From NCBI GenBank assembly GCA_963575745.1, contig CAUYUJ010000135.1, forward strand, positions 1-64,000: DNA of 64,000 nt, written 5' to 3'. A model generated the notes under the pieces. It ran no database searches, was not told the origin of the DNA, and saw only the letters and a program-made list of their open reading frames with translations. The DNA comes from Prorocentrum cordatum. Taxonomy: Eukaryota. Made by a program: the position numbers and the translations under genes. Positions within the stretch are counted from its first letter, which is position 1. Each line of letters starts with the position of its first letter. This document shows positions 14,600 through 31,497 of this stretch, one piece after another.

Positions 14600-16650
14600 G
14601 CACGGAGTGGGCGTGTCCTCAAGTCCTTCGCCCAATCCCCTGATCCTCAGTCCTCACTCCTGAGGAACTCGTAGGGGTCCGGACCACAAATTCTGAAATC
14701 CCCCAGGGCCTGGCGCGTGCCATGCTCCGGGAAGCGTCCTCGCGTGACTTGTTCGGGCCCAAGGGGGCCCCAAGGTGGGCTCAGAGGGCCCCAAGACGCT
14801 CTCAAGGCGGCCCCAGAGAGCTCCGAGTCGCCGAAAGGTCGTCCAATACGCCCAAGATGGCCTCATCATGGCCCACGAGGCCCCCAAGACGCCCAAAGAG
14901 TGCTCTAATAGGCTCGCCAAGAAGGTCCCAACGCAAAAACCATTGCTTTTCATTAGGTTTTGAACTTCCGGGGGGTTCTCCACTTTTCTAGGTTCCGACG
15001 CTCCAAGACGTCCCAAAAGGCCCCCAAGACTGCGACCAAGACGGCCCAATAAGGCCCCAAGACGGCCCCAAGAGGGGCCAAGAGGGGAACATGAACCGAA
15101 AATCCGAGCCCTCCGCCCAAAGAGGCGCCCAGGAGGCCCCCAGAGGCCCCCTAGAAGCCCCAAGAGGCCCCCAAGAGGCCCCAAGAGGCCGCCAAAGGTC
15201 CAAAAGACGCCCCTAAGAGGCCCCCAAACGACCCCCCAGAGGCTTCAAAAACTGCCTCCAGAAGGCCACCAAGAAACCTCGACGAGATCCCAACGACCAT
15301 CCAAGAGGCCACGGACCCACATCCCAGGAACGGTGGCGGGCATGGCCGAATGCCATCAGTAAGAACAAACAAAAACATGTAAGTATGCACCGTCTGTGTA
15401 CGCAGTATATCCATGTATGCATGTGTATATCCAGATATGTACCAGGAAATTAAATGTATGGTTTACGATACATATATATATATGTATATATATATATATA
15501 TGTAGAATAATCTACGCCCGTACAGCGGTACAACGTAAGCTATTCGGATACCGTATAGTACACATGGGTGTACATTTCAGACGCATCACATCACGTGTGC
15601 AATAGTATGTGCTACAAGGCCGTGTCACATAATCTGCAAGAACATAGCACACGATCATACAATGGTAGAACCAGGTGCTCTATCAAACAACACCATATAC
15701 GATGCTATACTATCACATGGTACACAAGAAGGCAAAACAACATAATACATCCTACTGCACGGTGACTCACTAAATGCTAGGTTCTGAGATCCTATAATCT
15801 CAGCTGCAGTGCCGCTGGGAACGGAGTGCGCGTGTCCTCAGGTCCTTCCACCAACCCTCTGAGCCTCAGTCGTCCCTCCTGAGGAATCCTTAGACAGTTC
15901 GGAGCCTCTCGGCCAAATCTTCCGTAGCGGCCCGCGTCGGCCCGCGGTTCCCCCGCGTCGTGTCGCATGACTGTTTCGGACCCAAGAGGACCCCAAGACG
16001 GGCCAAGAGGGCCCCAAGAAGCCCCCAAGACGGTCCACGGAAACCTCAAATTGCTGAGCGATCGTTGTAAGACGCTCAAGATGGCCCCAGGATGGCCCAC
16101 GAGGCCTCCACGACCCCCAAAGAGGCGTCCAAGAGCACCTCCAAGAGGACCCCTAGAGGCCAAAATCACTGATTTCCCGGAAGTTGTTGAAGGAGTTTGG
16201 CGTTCTCGACTGTTCGTTCCCGACGCTCCCAGATGACCCTGAAGGCTCCCAAGACCGCCCCAAGGCGGCCCAAGAGGCCTCCAAGAGGGCCCCAAAACGG
16301 AGCAAAAGGGCCACAAAACAGCCCAAGACAGCCCAAAACGGCTCAAGAGGGCCCCAAGACGGCCTCCAAAGGGGCTCCAAAAAGGGAACACGAACCGAAC
16401 ATGCGAATATTCCGTACCAAGAGGCCCCCAAGAGACCCAAAGAGGAGTCCGCGAGAGGCACCCAAGAAGCCCCAAGAGGCCCCCAACAGGCCCAAAAGAG
16501 GGGCCCCAAGAGGTCCCCAAACGGCCCCCAAGAGGCGTCCAAATTGCCTCCAAGAGGCCCCCGAGAAGAGAAGCCTCCCACGAGGTCCCAACGAACATCG
16601 GACAGACTTCATCCCCACAGACCAGGCCCAGTGGCGGGATGGGCCGAAGG
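14600..16650 (+). mobile_element. Two copies (about 14600-15355 and 15820-16650) of a CCAAGA-rich dispersed repeat
   Basis: Shared head (ACGGAGTGnGCGTGTCCTCA) and tail (GTGGCGG..ATGG(G)CCGAA); body of GGCCCCAAGA variants. Confidence 0.75.
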
Positions 16651-16779
16651 AAATTAGATAATATAATACGTAGCACCCGTCAATTGCGGATAAGAGTGAG
16701 GGGGTGGCGGGGACGTCGACAGTCTGCGAGGCTCTGAAGAAGCCCGCCGAAGGCGCCAAATTTTTACAAGTTCTGCAAC

Positions 16780-16900
16780 GAGGGGTCGCGGGTGGGTCGC
16801 GGGCGGGTCGCGGGGCGGGTCGCGGGGTGGGTCGCCGCGGGTGGGTCGCGGGTGGGTCGCGGGTGGGTCGCGGGTGGGTCGCGGGCGGGTCGCGGGGGGG
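16780..16900. repeat. (GGGTGGGTCGC)-type 10-bp tandem repeat
   Basis: Direct reading. Confidence 0.9.
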
Positions 16901-17127
16901 ATGACGACAACGAACAACAACAAACAACAACAAATGACAACAGGAATCCGCACCGCAGAACCTCACTTCAGCCACGCGCCCAGGGACACTGAACGACCGT
17001 TCGGCTCCCTCACTCTGACAACGGCGCCAACAAACTGCGCACCCCTCGCTGCGCAGCGCCGACCTCCACCGAAACCCGCCTCACTGCGAGAAGCGTCGCC
17101 GCCCCGGAGCGGGGGGAGCGCGGCGGC

Positions 17128-17181
17128 CTCGCGGTGGAGCTCGATGGAGCGGTCGAACCACTCGCCCGCGGCGCTGGGGTC
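17128..17181 (-). CDS. Gene B exon: DPSAAGEWFDRSIELHRE
   Basis: GAG|GA acceptor, GAG|GC donor; every codon ends in G or C; TPR helix-B-like AxxxFxRSIEL. Confidence 0.78.
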
Positions 17182-18017
17182 CTCCAAAGCGCGGGGGGCA
17201 GGTAGGAAAGGTGATAGGGAGGGAGTGAAAGAAGGAGAGGAAGGGAGGGAAGGGGAGGAGGTAAGGCAAGGGAGAGGAAGGGGGAGATGGTGGTGGTGGT
17301 GGTGGTGCTGCTGCTGCTGCTGCTGTTGGTGGTGGTGCTGGTGCTGGTGGCCTGGGAAGGCGTCCGATGGGGCCGCGGGCGCAGCCCCTTCAGCGGCGCC
17401 TCCAGTGCAGGGATGGCTGAGGGACAGCTCGCCACCCGACGCGGGGGCCCGGCGCCCGCGGCGCTGCGGCGCAACTCGGCCCAAGAGACGACCAGGTGCG
17501 CCCCCCCCTGGGACGACCCGACCTCCTCCGCCCCGACCACGGGCAGGGCCGCCTGCGCACCCCTCTGCAGCCTGCGGAGCGGGCACCCGCAAAAGAAGGC
17601 GAGGCTGCAGCCGGGCGCCCCTCCCGGGGCAGGAGGGCACGCAGGGGGCGCCTCCAGAGGGGGGCCCCGGCGGCCTCGGCGGGAGGCCGCGCCGGCCACG
17701 CGGAGCGGGGAGGGGCAGCGCGAGAGAGCCCGGGGGGCCACCCGGCTCACCTCCACCCTGGGGCCCCGCCTCCAGGGGAAGGAGGGAGGGAGGAGGAGGA
17801 GGAGGAGGGGAGGGAGGGGAGGGAGGGAGGGAGGCGGGCGGCAAGGAGGGGGGGGGGAGGGAGGGAGGGAGGAGAGGGAAGGCAAGGGGCAAGGGAGGGG
17901 GGGAAGGAGGGGAGGGGCAGGGAGGGAGGCGGGAGGTAAGGAGCGGGCGGGATGGAGGCGCTGGGGCCCTCTCCGAAGCGGGAGCGGGGGGCAGGACGAA
18001 GAGGAGGGAGGGAGGGA

Positions 18018-18620
18018 GGCAGAGAAGGATCGTTGCGCCAGCCTTGCAGACGTGCTGCAGCGGATTTCTGTGAGCATTTCTGCGTGCATCGCTGCCCGAA
18101 GCGGCGAGCGAACAACGAAGGTGATTTCGCGCGGATGGTTTGTGTGGTCTTCATTCCTGGCCAAGAAAAATCCGCACGAGATTCACCTCGAAATCCGGAA
18201 CGAACTTCTCCAGGACACTCCGGGCCGATCCTCTCGTTTTCAGAACGAAAGGCCGATCGCGCTGAATTTCGAACATGGGCGGACTTAGTTCATTGGATGT
18301 TTGCGTGCGCGGGAACTTGCTCTGGACAGTACACATGCCACCAGGAAAATGCGACCGACTACACACTGTGCTTAGATATTGGAACCGGCAGAGAAGGATC
18401 ATTGCCCCGGCCTTGCAGAAGTGCTGCAGCGGATTTCTGCGTGGATCTCAGCGTGGATTTCTGCCCGAAACGGCGAACGAACAACGAAGGGAACTTCGCG
18501 TGGATGTTTTGTGTGGTCTTCATTCGTGGCCAAACAAAGATCCGCACGAAATTCACCTCGACATCCGAAGCGACATCCTCCAGGACACTCCGGGCCCATC
18601 CTCTCGTTTTCCGAACGAAA
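18018..18620. repeat. Diverged direct duplication of about 235 bp (starts at 18018 and 18387)
   Basis: Both copies begin GGCAGAGAAGGATC and end CTCTCGTTTTCnGAACGAAA. Confidence 0.85.
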
Positions 18621-18640
18621 TCCGCTCTGCGATGTTGGCG

Positions 18641-19632
18641 TTAGGTCGTGCCTGTTCCCCTACAGGGGGTTTTCGGACGAAAAATATATTTTAAAAACGC
18701 TCAAAACATTCCAAAAAAATATTCAAATTATCCTGGCGAAGGTCCCAACCATAGGCAGTTGTGGGTACCGTAATTGTGAATATCTGCTTCGGAGAAGCTC
18801 CCTATGGGGCCACGAAGCACTGCACTGGGCGGGGGGGAACGCTGTACTGTGTGGGTGGTGTGCCGAATTGGGTTTCCGGGACGCATGCGGAAGGTCCCAC
18901 TGAGGGCTTCGGTGGAGCTTCCTATGGGGCCACGAAGCGCTCTACTGACTGAGTGAAAATGCCAAATTGGGTTACCGGGACGCATGCGGACGGTCCCACT
19001 GGGGGATTCGGTGGAGCCCCCTATGGGGCCACGAAACGCTGCACTGCGCGGGTGAAAATGCCAAATTACATTTCCCGGACGCATACGGACGGTGGCACTG
19101 GGACCTTGGGTGGAGCCCCCTATGGGGCCACGAAACGCTGCACTGGGTGGGTGAAAATGCCAAATTGGGCTTCCGGGACGCATGTGGACGGGGGCACTGG
19201 GGCCTTCGGTGGAGCTCCCTATGGGGCCACGAAACGCTGTACTGGATGGGTGAACGCAGGGAGGAGCAGGAGGAGGGCCACGAAACGCTGTACTGGGTGT
19301 GCGGGACGCATGCGGACGGTAGCACTGGGACCTTCGGTGGAGCTCCCTGTGGGGCCACGAAACGCTGTAATTACTGGGTGTGCGGGACGCATGCGGACGG
19401 TAGCACTGGGACCTTCGGAGGGGCTCCCTATGGGGCCACGAAACGCTGTACTGGGTGTGCGGGGCGCATGCGGACGGTAGGGAGGAGGGGGGGCGCACGA
19501 GAGGAGGAGAACGCGGGGACCGTCTCTTCAAAACGAGGACCCAACACCACAGGATGGTTGGGAAAAATAACCCCCAGACTATTGTTTGACTATTTTTGGA
19601 TATTCCCCCTTGGAGGGAGAGGCCCGACTTCG
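18641..19632. mobile_element. MITE of the TTAGGTCGGGC family, interrupted by a second TIR element (18743-19563) that carries a 77-97 bp tandem array
   Basis: Outer TIRs as in the other copies; flanks TGTTGGCG / TCTTGGCG; inner TIR TCCCAACCAT...ATGGTTGGGA. Confidence 0.75.
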
Positions 19633-20492
19633 TCTTGGCGCCCATTGAGAGGGACGGAGGGCGCACCAGTCCGGACGAAGGCTCCGTCCTGGCCCGCGGG
19701 GCACGAGCGCCCGCCCGGCCGGCCTCTCGCGGACGGGGGGCGCCGCGCGAAGGACGGGGGCGGGGTAAGGCCTCCCCCCGGGCGCGGCCCAGCGGGAAGA
19801 GCCGAAATGGAAAGAGCCAGGGCTCTCGCCTTTGGGCTTCGCATCGCGCGGCACTTCCTTCACGGAGGGAGAGCGACTCCTTCTCAGAGCGGGGCTCTCG
19901 CTGGGCACTTCCTTGGAAGTCCCGACCGCACCGCATCGCATTCCTTCTACTTGGAACGATGGAGGGGAAGCAGGGCTGAACCTAAACAGTGTTTGTCGTT
20001 CTCGTTTTGTTTTCGTTTTCCCTCGTTTTGTCTTCAACCCACCTTTCACGCAAAACTGAATCGAAACGAAAGCGGCCCACGAAATCGCCAAAACACCATT
20101 TAGGTCCACCCCTGAGCGTCAATTCGGTAAAACGGTGCTCCCGCCTGGACTGCCGGCCCACGTGGCGCTCGCCTTTCAAGGGGGGGGGCGCCCCGCGAAG
20201 GGAAAAAGAATGCCCACAGCGGCTCGTGATCGAGGGGCTTGGGACGGAGGGGGTGGGTGCAGCATCGCTGATACACCTCGGCCCTACTCTGGTCTTCCTC
20301 CTCCTCCCTCCTCCTCCCTCCTCCTCCTTTTCCTCCCTCCTCCTCCTCCTCCCTCCTCCCTCCTCCCCCTCCTCCTCCTCCTCCTCCTCCCTCCTCCTCA
20401 GGCCTCCTCCTCCTCCTCCTCCCCCTCCTCCTCCTCCTCCTCCTCCTCCTCCTCCTCCTCCCCCTCCTGCTCCCTCCTCCCCTCCCAGGGTC

Positions 20493-20550
20493 CTCAGAGA
20501 AGTCGCCCAGGATGCCGGCGCACTCGCCGCAGGAACTGAGCATCTTGCAC
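20493..20550 (-). CDS. Gene B exon: CKMLSSCGECAGILGDFSE
   Basis: GAG|G acceptor (phase 2), GAG|GA donor; GAGGACCC recurs at the next acceptor. Confidence 0.75.
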
Positions 20551-21429
20551 CTCCACAGGCCCCCCCGCGCGCCGCGTCGGCGCGCCGGCGCGCGCGGGCA
20601 AGGAGCGCCGGGCGCCTCCTGGGCGCAGCGGCATCGCCCAGGAGCCCGGGGGCCCGCGGAGGCCACCACGGGCTCAAGAAGGGCCGGGGGCGCCCAGTAG
20701 TGGCCAGCGTGGGGTCTTGCAGCCTGCACGCTGGGTTTGCATGCTGCGGTGCCCCGTGTGGAATGCCACCTGTGTGGTGCCATCCGTCTGCGCGGTGTAA
20801 GATATGCAGTTCTACATGTCTGCCGCATGCGTCTATGCATATCTGTAGATGTGTGTATTTGTAGGATTGCTTTATGTGCGTGGCACAACTGTACTTCACA
20901 TGCAACAAACAAGTGGCACGCGCGCCATGGCTCTTGCACAGAAAGGAAGGGGGGCGCGCTGGCTGGTGAATGAGGTGATGGAGGGGCCGCTCGGGATAGG
21001 GGTGTCGGGGCGAAAGGGGCGCGTCGGCTGGTGGATGGGTGGATGCGGAGGGGGCGCTCGGGGTGGGGGGGCGGTGCCGTGCCAAGATGAATGGGTCAGG
21101 GCGGAGGGGGCGGTGCCGCGCCAAGACAAAGGGGTCGGGGCGGAGGGGGCGCGCTGGCTGAAGGCTGGGGGGGATGCGGAGGGGGCGCGCGCGGAGGGGG
21201 CGGAGTGGGTGGTGCCGCGCCAAAATAAAGGAGTCGGGTCGGAGGGGTGTGCCGTGCCGAAATAAAGGGGTCGAGGGACGGAGGGGCGCGCTGGCTTGTG
21301 AGTGGGTGGGTGGGTGGGTGGGTGGGTGGGGGGCGTCATGAAGGGGTCGGGGCGGAGGGGCGCGCTGGCTGGTGGGCGGGGGGGATGCGGTCCAGCTCGT
21401 CCCGCTTCGCCTCGCCCTGTCCCTCTTGC

Positions 21430-24760
<3,331 letters not shown>

Positions 24761-24949
24761 GTCTCCTCCACACATCGATCCATCATACTCACTCACTCCC
24801 GCCATCCATATCCTCCACATCTTCCTTTTATGATTGTTTGTATCTATGCCTCATCATCCTTTCCTCCTCCTCCTCCTCCTCACCCACCTTCCGCCCTGTC
24901 TCAGTCGCCTCTTCTTCCTTTTCCGCCGTCCGCCCCCTCATCCTCTTTC

Positions 24950-24988
<39 letters not shown>

Positions 24989-26007
24989 GTTCCCCCCCAT
25001 TCCTTCCCCCCATTCCTCCAACTTGCCTCCCTACCGCCTCCCTGCCTCCTCCCCCAGTCCCAACCTCTTCACTTCTTTACTAAGCATGCCAACGTTGCAC
25101 AGTGAAAATAAGAAGAGCCCGATCAAAAGGAAAGAGCACGAAACAACTAATCCGAGGCTTCGTCTACTGGCTCCGCCCGCGTTGTCTCCCATGTGCTGGG
25201 GCGTCCCGTTTCCGAAGGGTGCACATCCGCCGTCGACAGGGTATCCCGCTCGGGGTCTCCAGGCCAGCTGCTGTCGCAACCAACTGGGCGACTGCGTCTG
25301 CAGCACGATGGCTGCCGACATCTCCGGATGCCGGCGCAGATGGTGCTGCCAATACATGCAACATGTAATCCAAATGGGGTTCAAAGGCTTCTGCCGCATA
25401 CTCGCCGTCTTCGCCAAGAGCGGAAAGGCTACCCCGTTCAAGCGCTGCACACTCTGGACAGCTGCTGTGAAACGCATTCGGGCAGCATCAGCAGCCATCA
25501 ACCCTTTCTGATTATATGCCACATGGCGCAACATGACCTGACCAAACTGATGGACGAACTGCTCCGCAGAAAAGACCCTGCTGCAACTGACAAAGCAGAA
25601 TTGTGCAGCGGAATGGCGCTTGCACCGTACTCTGACTGCAGCTTGCGCAACATCAGAGCTCTGCACCCCAGCATGCAACCGAGCTCTGCAGTGTGTGCCC
25701 CCTCCCGCCTCGCTGAACCCCACCCATCTCCACAACTCTCCAGACCCTCATTTTCCTCCTGCTCCTCCCTCAATATCCTCCCTCCTCCTCACTTCTCCTC
25801 CTCCTCCTCCTGCTCCTCCTCCTCCTCCTGCTCATGTTCTTCCTTCCTCCTCTTCCACCCCCTCCTCCTCATCCGAGAGAGATAGAGAGAGAGAGAAACA
25901 AAAAAAAAGCTGTGACAAAACATGAGACTGACACCGAGACCGAGTCTGAGACTGAGACTGAGGCTGAGACTGGGCAAAGCAGCGGCCCGTGCCGCGGCCA
26001 GGCACTC

Positions 26008-26081
26008 CTGAATGAGCGCGAACGCCAGGTCTAGCTTCTCCGGTCTGCCCCGCGACAGGAACAAACGCGCGTGCGTCTTGC
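26008..26081 (-). CDS. Gene B exon: KTHARLFLSRGRPEKLDLAFALIQ
   Basis: GAG|GC acceptor (phase 1), CAG|GA donor (phase 0); amphipathic helix pair. Confidence 0.75.
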
Positions 26082-26399
26082 CTCGCAGACTGGGGGGGGC
26101 GAAGATGGAAGGGAGGAGGGACGGAGGAGGCGGGACAAGGGACTGGGAAGAAAGCAGGGGAAGAACGATGAGGAAGAGGAGGAAGCATGGGAAAGCGAAG
26201 GGAGCATGAGAAAGAGAAGGGAGGATGAGAAAGAGAAGGGGGGATGAGGAGGAAGAATGACACAAGATGGCGATGGAAGAAAAGGAGGAAGGAAGAGAGT
26301 AATATGAAAATAGAGGAAGTAATGATTTAGGATGAGACAGACGCGTCTGGGCGTCGTGGCCTCATGACCTTTTCCTGACGCCTCATGAGCGCGATTCGC

Positions 26400-26725
26400 T
26401 CAGAGATGTTCCGAGATTTTCCCGTGGGGCCGCCGTGGGGCTCTCTTGGAGGTCTTTCGGGCCGTCTGGGAGGCCACGGGGATCGGCCAAGGAGGCCACA
26501 AATCATTAGAACAAACATGCCAGGGTATGAGTTTGACATACTCGCCTTCTCGGTACTGCAAGCGTCCAAGACGGCCAAACAAGCCCCTAAGCTCGCCCCA
26601 AGAAGGCCTTCAAACCTGACTTAAAGAGGGGCCCGAGGGGCCCCCAAGAAGGCCCCAAGAGGGGCCCAAGATGGAGAACTCGACGGGGCCGCTGGAGCTC
26701 TCCAAACCCAAGGTGGCCCTCGAGA
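26400..26725. mobile_element. Fragment of the CCAAGA-rich repeat
   Basis: GGCCCCAAGA motifs as at 14.6-16.6 kb. Confidence 0.55.
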
Positions 26726-26727
26726 CC

Positions 26728-26758
<31 letters not shown>

Positions 26759-26857
26759 TGTAGTAGTAGTAGTAGTAGTAGGAGCAGTAGTAGTAGTAGT
26801 AATAGGAGTAGTAGTAGCCGTAGTAGTAGTAGTAGTCGTAGTAATATTATTAGTAAC

Positions 26858-26896
<39 letters not shown>

Positions 26897-27091
26897 CGTC
26901 GTAGTAAGTAGAAGTAGTAAGTAGTAGTAGTAATAGTAGTAGTAGTAGTAGTAGTCGTAGTAAGTAGTAGTAGTCGTAGTAAGAAGTAGTAGTAGTAACA
27001 GTAGTAGTAGTAGTAGTAGTAGTCGTCGTCGTCGTCGTAGTAGTAGTAATAGTAGTAGTAGTCGTCGTCGCCGTAGTAATATTATTAATAA

Positions 27092-27134
<43 letters not shown>

Positions 27135-27140
27135 CGTAGT

Positions 27141-27177
<37 letters not shown>

Positions 27178-27183
27178 CGTAGT

Positions 27184-27218
<35 letters not shown>

Positions 27219-27696
27219 ATAGTATCAGTAGTAGTAATTGTAGTAGTAGTAATCATAATAGTAGTAGTCGTCGTAGTAAGTAGTAGTAGTAGTAGTAGTA
27301 GTAATAGTAGTAGTAGTAGTAGTAGTAGTCGTAGTAGTAGTCGTAGCCGTAGTAGTAGTAGTAGTAGTAGGAGTAGGAGTAGGAGTGGTTGTCGTAGTAA
27401 TAGTATTCGTAAACGTAGTAGTGGTAGTAGTAGTAGTAGTCGTAGTAAGTAGTAGTAGTAGTCGTAGTAGTAGTAGTATAGTAATAGTAGCAGTAGTAGT
27501 AGTAGTAGCAGTAGTCATAGTAGTAGCAGTAGTAGTAGTAGTTTCAGTAGGTAGTAAGACTAATAGTAGTAGTAGTAGCAGTAGTCGTAGTAGTAGTAGT
27601 AGTAGTCGTAGTAAGTAGTAGTAGTAATAGTAATATTAGTGTAGTAGTAATAGTAGTAGTAGTAGGAATAGTAGTAGTACTAGTAGTAGTCGTAGT

Positions 27697-27731
<35 letters not shown>

Positions 27732-28015
27732 AGAATAGTAGTAGTAGTCGTAGTAGTCGTAGTAGTAGTAATAGTAGTAGTAGTAAAAAGAAAAAGAAGA
27801 AGAACAGTAGTAGCAGAAGAAGAAGAAGTAGAAGTAGCAGTAGCAGTAGTAGTAGTAGTAACAGTAGTAGTAGTAGTAGTCGTAGTAATATTAGTAGTAG
27901 TAGTAGTAGTAGTAGTCGTAGTAATAGTATTCGTAATAGTAGTACTAGTAGTAGTAGCAGTAGTAGGAGTGGTAGTAGAAGTAATAGTATTAGTAGTTGT
28001 CGTCGTACTGGTAGT

Positions 28016-28051
<36 letters not shown>

Positions 28052-28635
28052 GAGTAATAGTAGTAGTAGTAGTAGCAGTAGTAGTAGTCGTAGTAGTAGT
28101 AGTAGTAAGAAAAAGGAGAAGAAGAACAGTAGTAGTTGAAGAAGACGAAGTAGAAGTAGCAGTAGCAGTAGTAATAGTAGCAGTAGTAGTAGTAGTCGTC
28201 GCCGTAGAAATATTAGTAGTAGTAGTAAGAAAAGGAAGAAGAACCGTAGTAGTAGAAGAAGAAGAAGTAGAAGTAGCAGTAGCAGTTGTAGTAGTAGTAG
28301 CAGCAGTAGTAGTAGTAGTAGTCGTAGTACTATTAGTCGTAGTAGTAGTAGTAGTAGCAGTAGTCATAGTACTAGCATTAGTAATAGTAGTAGTAGTAGT
28401 AGTCGTCGTAGTAAGTATTAGCAGAAATAGTAGCAGTAGTAGTAGTAGTAGTAGTAGTAGTCGTAGTAATATTATCAGTAGTAGTATTAGTAGTCGTAGT
28501 AGGTAGTAGTAGGCCGTAGTAAGTAGAAGTAGTAATAGTAGTAGTAGTAGCAGTAGTAGTAGTAGTAATAGTAGTAGTAGTAGTAGTCGTAGTAGGTAGG
28601 TAGGTAGGTAGGTAGGTAGGTAGGTAGGTAGGCAT

Positions 28636-28669
<34 letters not shown>

Positions 28670-28788
28670 TAGTAGTGGTAGTAGTCGTAGTCGTAGTATG
28701 TAGTAGTAGTAGTAATAATAGAAGTAGTAGTAGTCGTCGAAGTAGTAGCCATAGTAATAGTACTAGTAGTAGTAGTAGTAGTAGTAGC

Positions 28789-28828
<40 letters not shown>

Positions 28829-28829
28829 A

Positions 28830-28865
<36 letters not shown>

Positions 28866-29857
28866 AGTAGTAAGTACTAGTAGTAATAGTAGTAGTGGTC
28901 GTAGTAGTAGTAGTAGTCGTCGTAAGAAAAAGAAGAAGAAGAACAGTAGTAGTAGCAGAAAAAGAAGTAGAAGTAGCAGTAGCAGTAGTAGTAGTAGCAG
29001 TAGTAGTAGTAGTCGTAGTAATAGTAGTAGTAGTAGTAGTCGTAGTAGTAGTAGTAGTAGTCGTCGTAGTTGAATTATTAGTAATATAGTAGTAGTAGTA
29101 GTAGTAGTAGTCAAAGCAAGTAGTAGTAAGTAGTAGTAGTAATAGTAGTAGTAGCCGTAGTACTATTATGAGTAGTAGTAGTAGTAGTAGCCGTAGTACT
29201 AGTATTAGTAATAGTAGTAGTAGTAGTAGTAATAGTGGTAGTAGTAGTAGTCGTAGTAAGTAGTAGTAATAGTAGTAGTAGTATTAGTAGTAGTAGTAGT
29301 CGTAGTAAGTAGTAGTAGTAGTAGTAGAAGTAGTAGTAGTCGTCGCAGTAGTAGTAGTAGTAGCAGTAGCAGCAGTAATAAAAGGAATAATAACAGTAGT
29401 AGTAGAAGAAGAAGAAGAAGTAGCAGTAGCAGTAGTAGTAGTAGTAGCAGTAGTAGTAGTAGTAGTAGTCGTAGTAATATTAGTAGTAGTCGTAGTAGTA
29501 GTAGTAGTAGTCGTATTAATATTATTAGAATAGTGGTAGTAGTAGTAGTAGTAGTCGTAGTAAAGAGTAGTAGTAATAGTAGGGAGTAGTCGTAGTAGTA
29601 GTAGTAGTAGTAGTAGTAGTAATAGTAGTAGTAGTAGTCGCCGTAGTAGTCGTAGAAAGTAGTAGTAGTAATGGTAGTAGTAGTAGTAGTAGTCGTAGTA
29701 GTAGTAGTAAGAAAAAGAAGAAGAACAGTAGTAGTAGACGAAGAAGAAGTAGAAGTAGCAGTAGCAGTAGTAGCAGTAGCAGTAGCAGTAGTAGTAGTAG
29801 TAGTCGTAGTAACATTAGTTGTAGTAGTAGTAGTCGTCGTAGTATGTAGTAGTAGTC

Positions 29858-29898
<41 letters not shown>

Positions 29899-30386
29899 CG
29901 TCGTCGTAGTAGTAGTAGTAGTAGTAGTAGTCGTAGTAAGTAGTAGTAGTAATAGTAGTAGTAGTAGTAGTAGTCGTAGTAGTAGTAGTCCTAGTAATAA
30001 TAAAAGTAATAGTAGTAGTAGTCGTCGTAGTAAGTAGTAGTAGTAGTAGTAACAGTAGTAGTAGTAGCAGCAGTAGTAGTATTAGTAATAGTAGTAGTAG
30101 TAGTAGTAGTAGTAATAGTAGTAGTAGTAGTCGTCGTAGTAGTCGTAGTAGTAGTAGTAGTAGCAGTAGCAGTAAGAAAAAAGAAGAAGAACAGTAGTAG
30201 TATAAGAAGAAGAAGTAGAAGTAGCAGTAGCAGTTGTAGTAGTAGTAGCAGCAGTAGTAGTAGTAGTAGTCGTAGTACTATTAGTCGTAGTAGTAGTAGT
30301 AGTAGTAGCAGTAGTCATAGTACTAGCATTAGTAATAGTAGTAGTAGTAGTAGTGGTCGTAGTAATATTAGTGGTAGTAGTCGTAA

Positions 30387-30417
<31 letters not shown>

Positions 30418-30423
30418 CGTAGT

Positions 30424-30492
<69 letters not shown>

Positions 30493-30553
30493 TAGTAGTA
30501 GTTAGTAGTAGTAGTAGTAGTAGTAGTAGTAAGTAGTAGTAGTCGTCGTAGTC

Positions 30554-30594
<41 letters not shown>

Positions 30595-30753
30595 CAGTAG
30601 TAGTAGCAATGACAGTAGTAGTCGTAGTAAGTAGTAGTAGTAGTAGTAGTAAGGAGAAAAGAAGAACAGTAGTAGTAGAAGAAGAAGTAGAAGTAGCAGT
30701 AGCAGTAGTAGTGATAGCAGTAGTAGTAGTAGTCGTAGTAAGATTAGTAGTAC

Positions 30754-30798
<45 letters not shown>

Positions 30799-31080
30799 CC
30801 GTAGTAAGTAGTAGCAGTAATAGTAGTAGTAGTAGTAAGAAGAAGAAAAGAATAATATCAGTAGTAGTAGAAGGAGTAGAAGTAGCAGTAGCAGTAGTAG
30901 TAGTAGCAGTAGTAGTAGCAGCAGTACTAGTAGTCGTAGTAATGGTAGCGATGATGAGAATAGTAATCGACATCGTCGTAGTAGTAGGAGTAGGAGTAGG
31001 AGTAGGAGTAGTAGCAGTAGTAGCCGTATCAGTAGTAGTCGTAGTAGTCGTGGTAGTCGTCGTACTATGACGAGTAGTAA

Positions 31081-31113
<33 letters not shown>

Positions 31114-31381
31114 GAGTAGGTGTAGTACTAGTAGTAGTAGTAGTAGTAGTAGTAGTACTAATGGTAGTAGTATGAGCAGTAATAATAGTAGTAGTAGTAG
31201 TAGTAGCAGCAGCAACTGTAGTAGTAGTAGCAGTGATAGAACCGTAGTAGTAGTAGTGGTAGTAGTAGTAGTTGTAGCAGTAGTGGCAGTAGTAGTGGTA
31301 GTAGTAGTTGTTGTTGTAGTGGTGGTAGTAGTAGTAGTAGTCGTCGTCGTCGTCGTAGTAGTAATACTATAGTCGTAGTAA

Positions 31382-31447
<66 letters not shown>

Positions 31448-31463
31448 TCGTAGTCGTAGTAGC

Positions 31464-31495
<32 letters not shown>

Positions 31496-31497
31496 AC
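26728..31497. repeat. 4.8-kb degenerate (GTA)n tract with a recurring higher-order unit
   Basis: Direct reading; the AAGAAAAAGAAGAAGAACAGTAG motif recurs about nine times. Confidence 0.97.
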
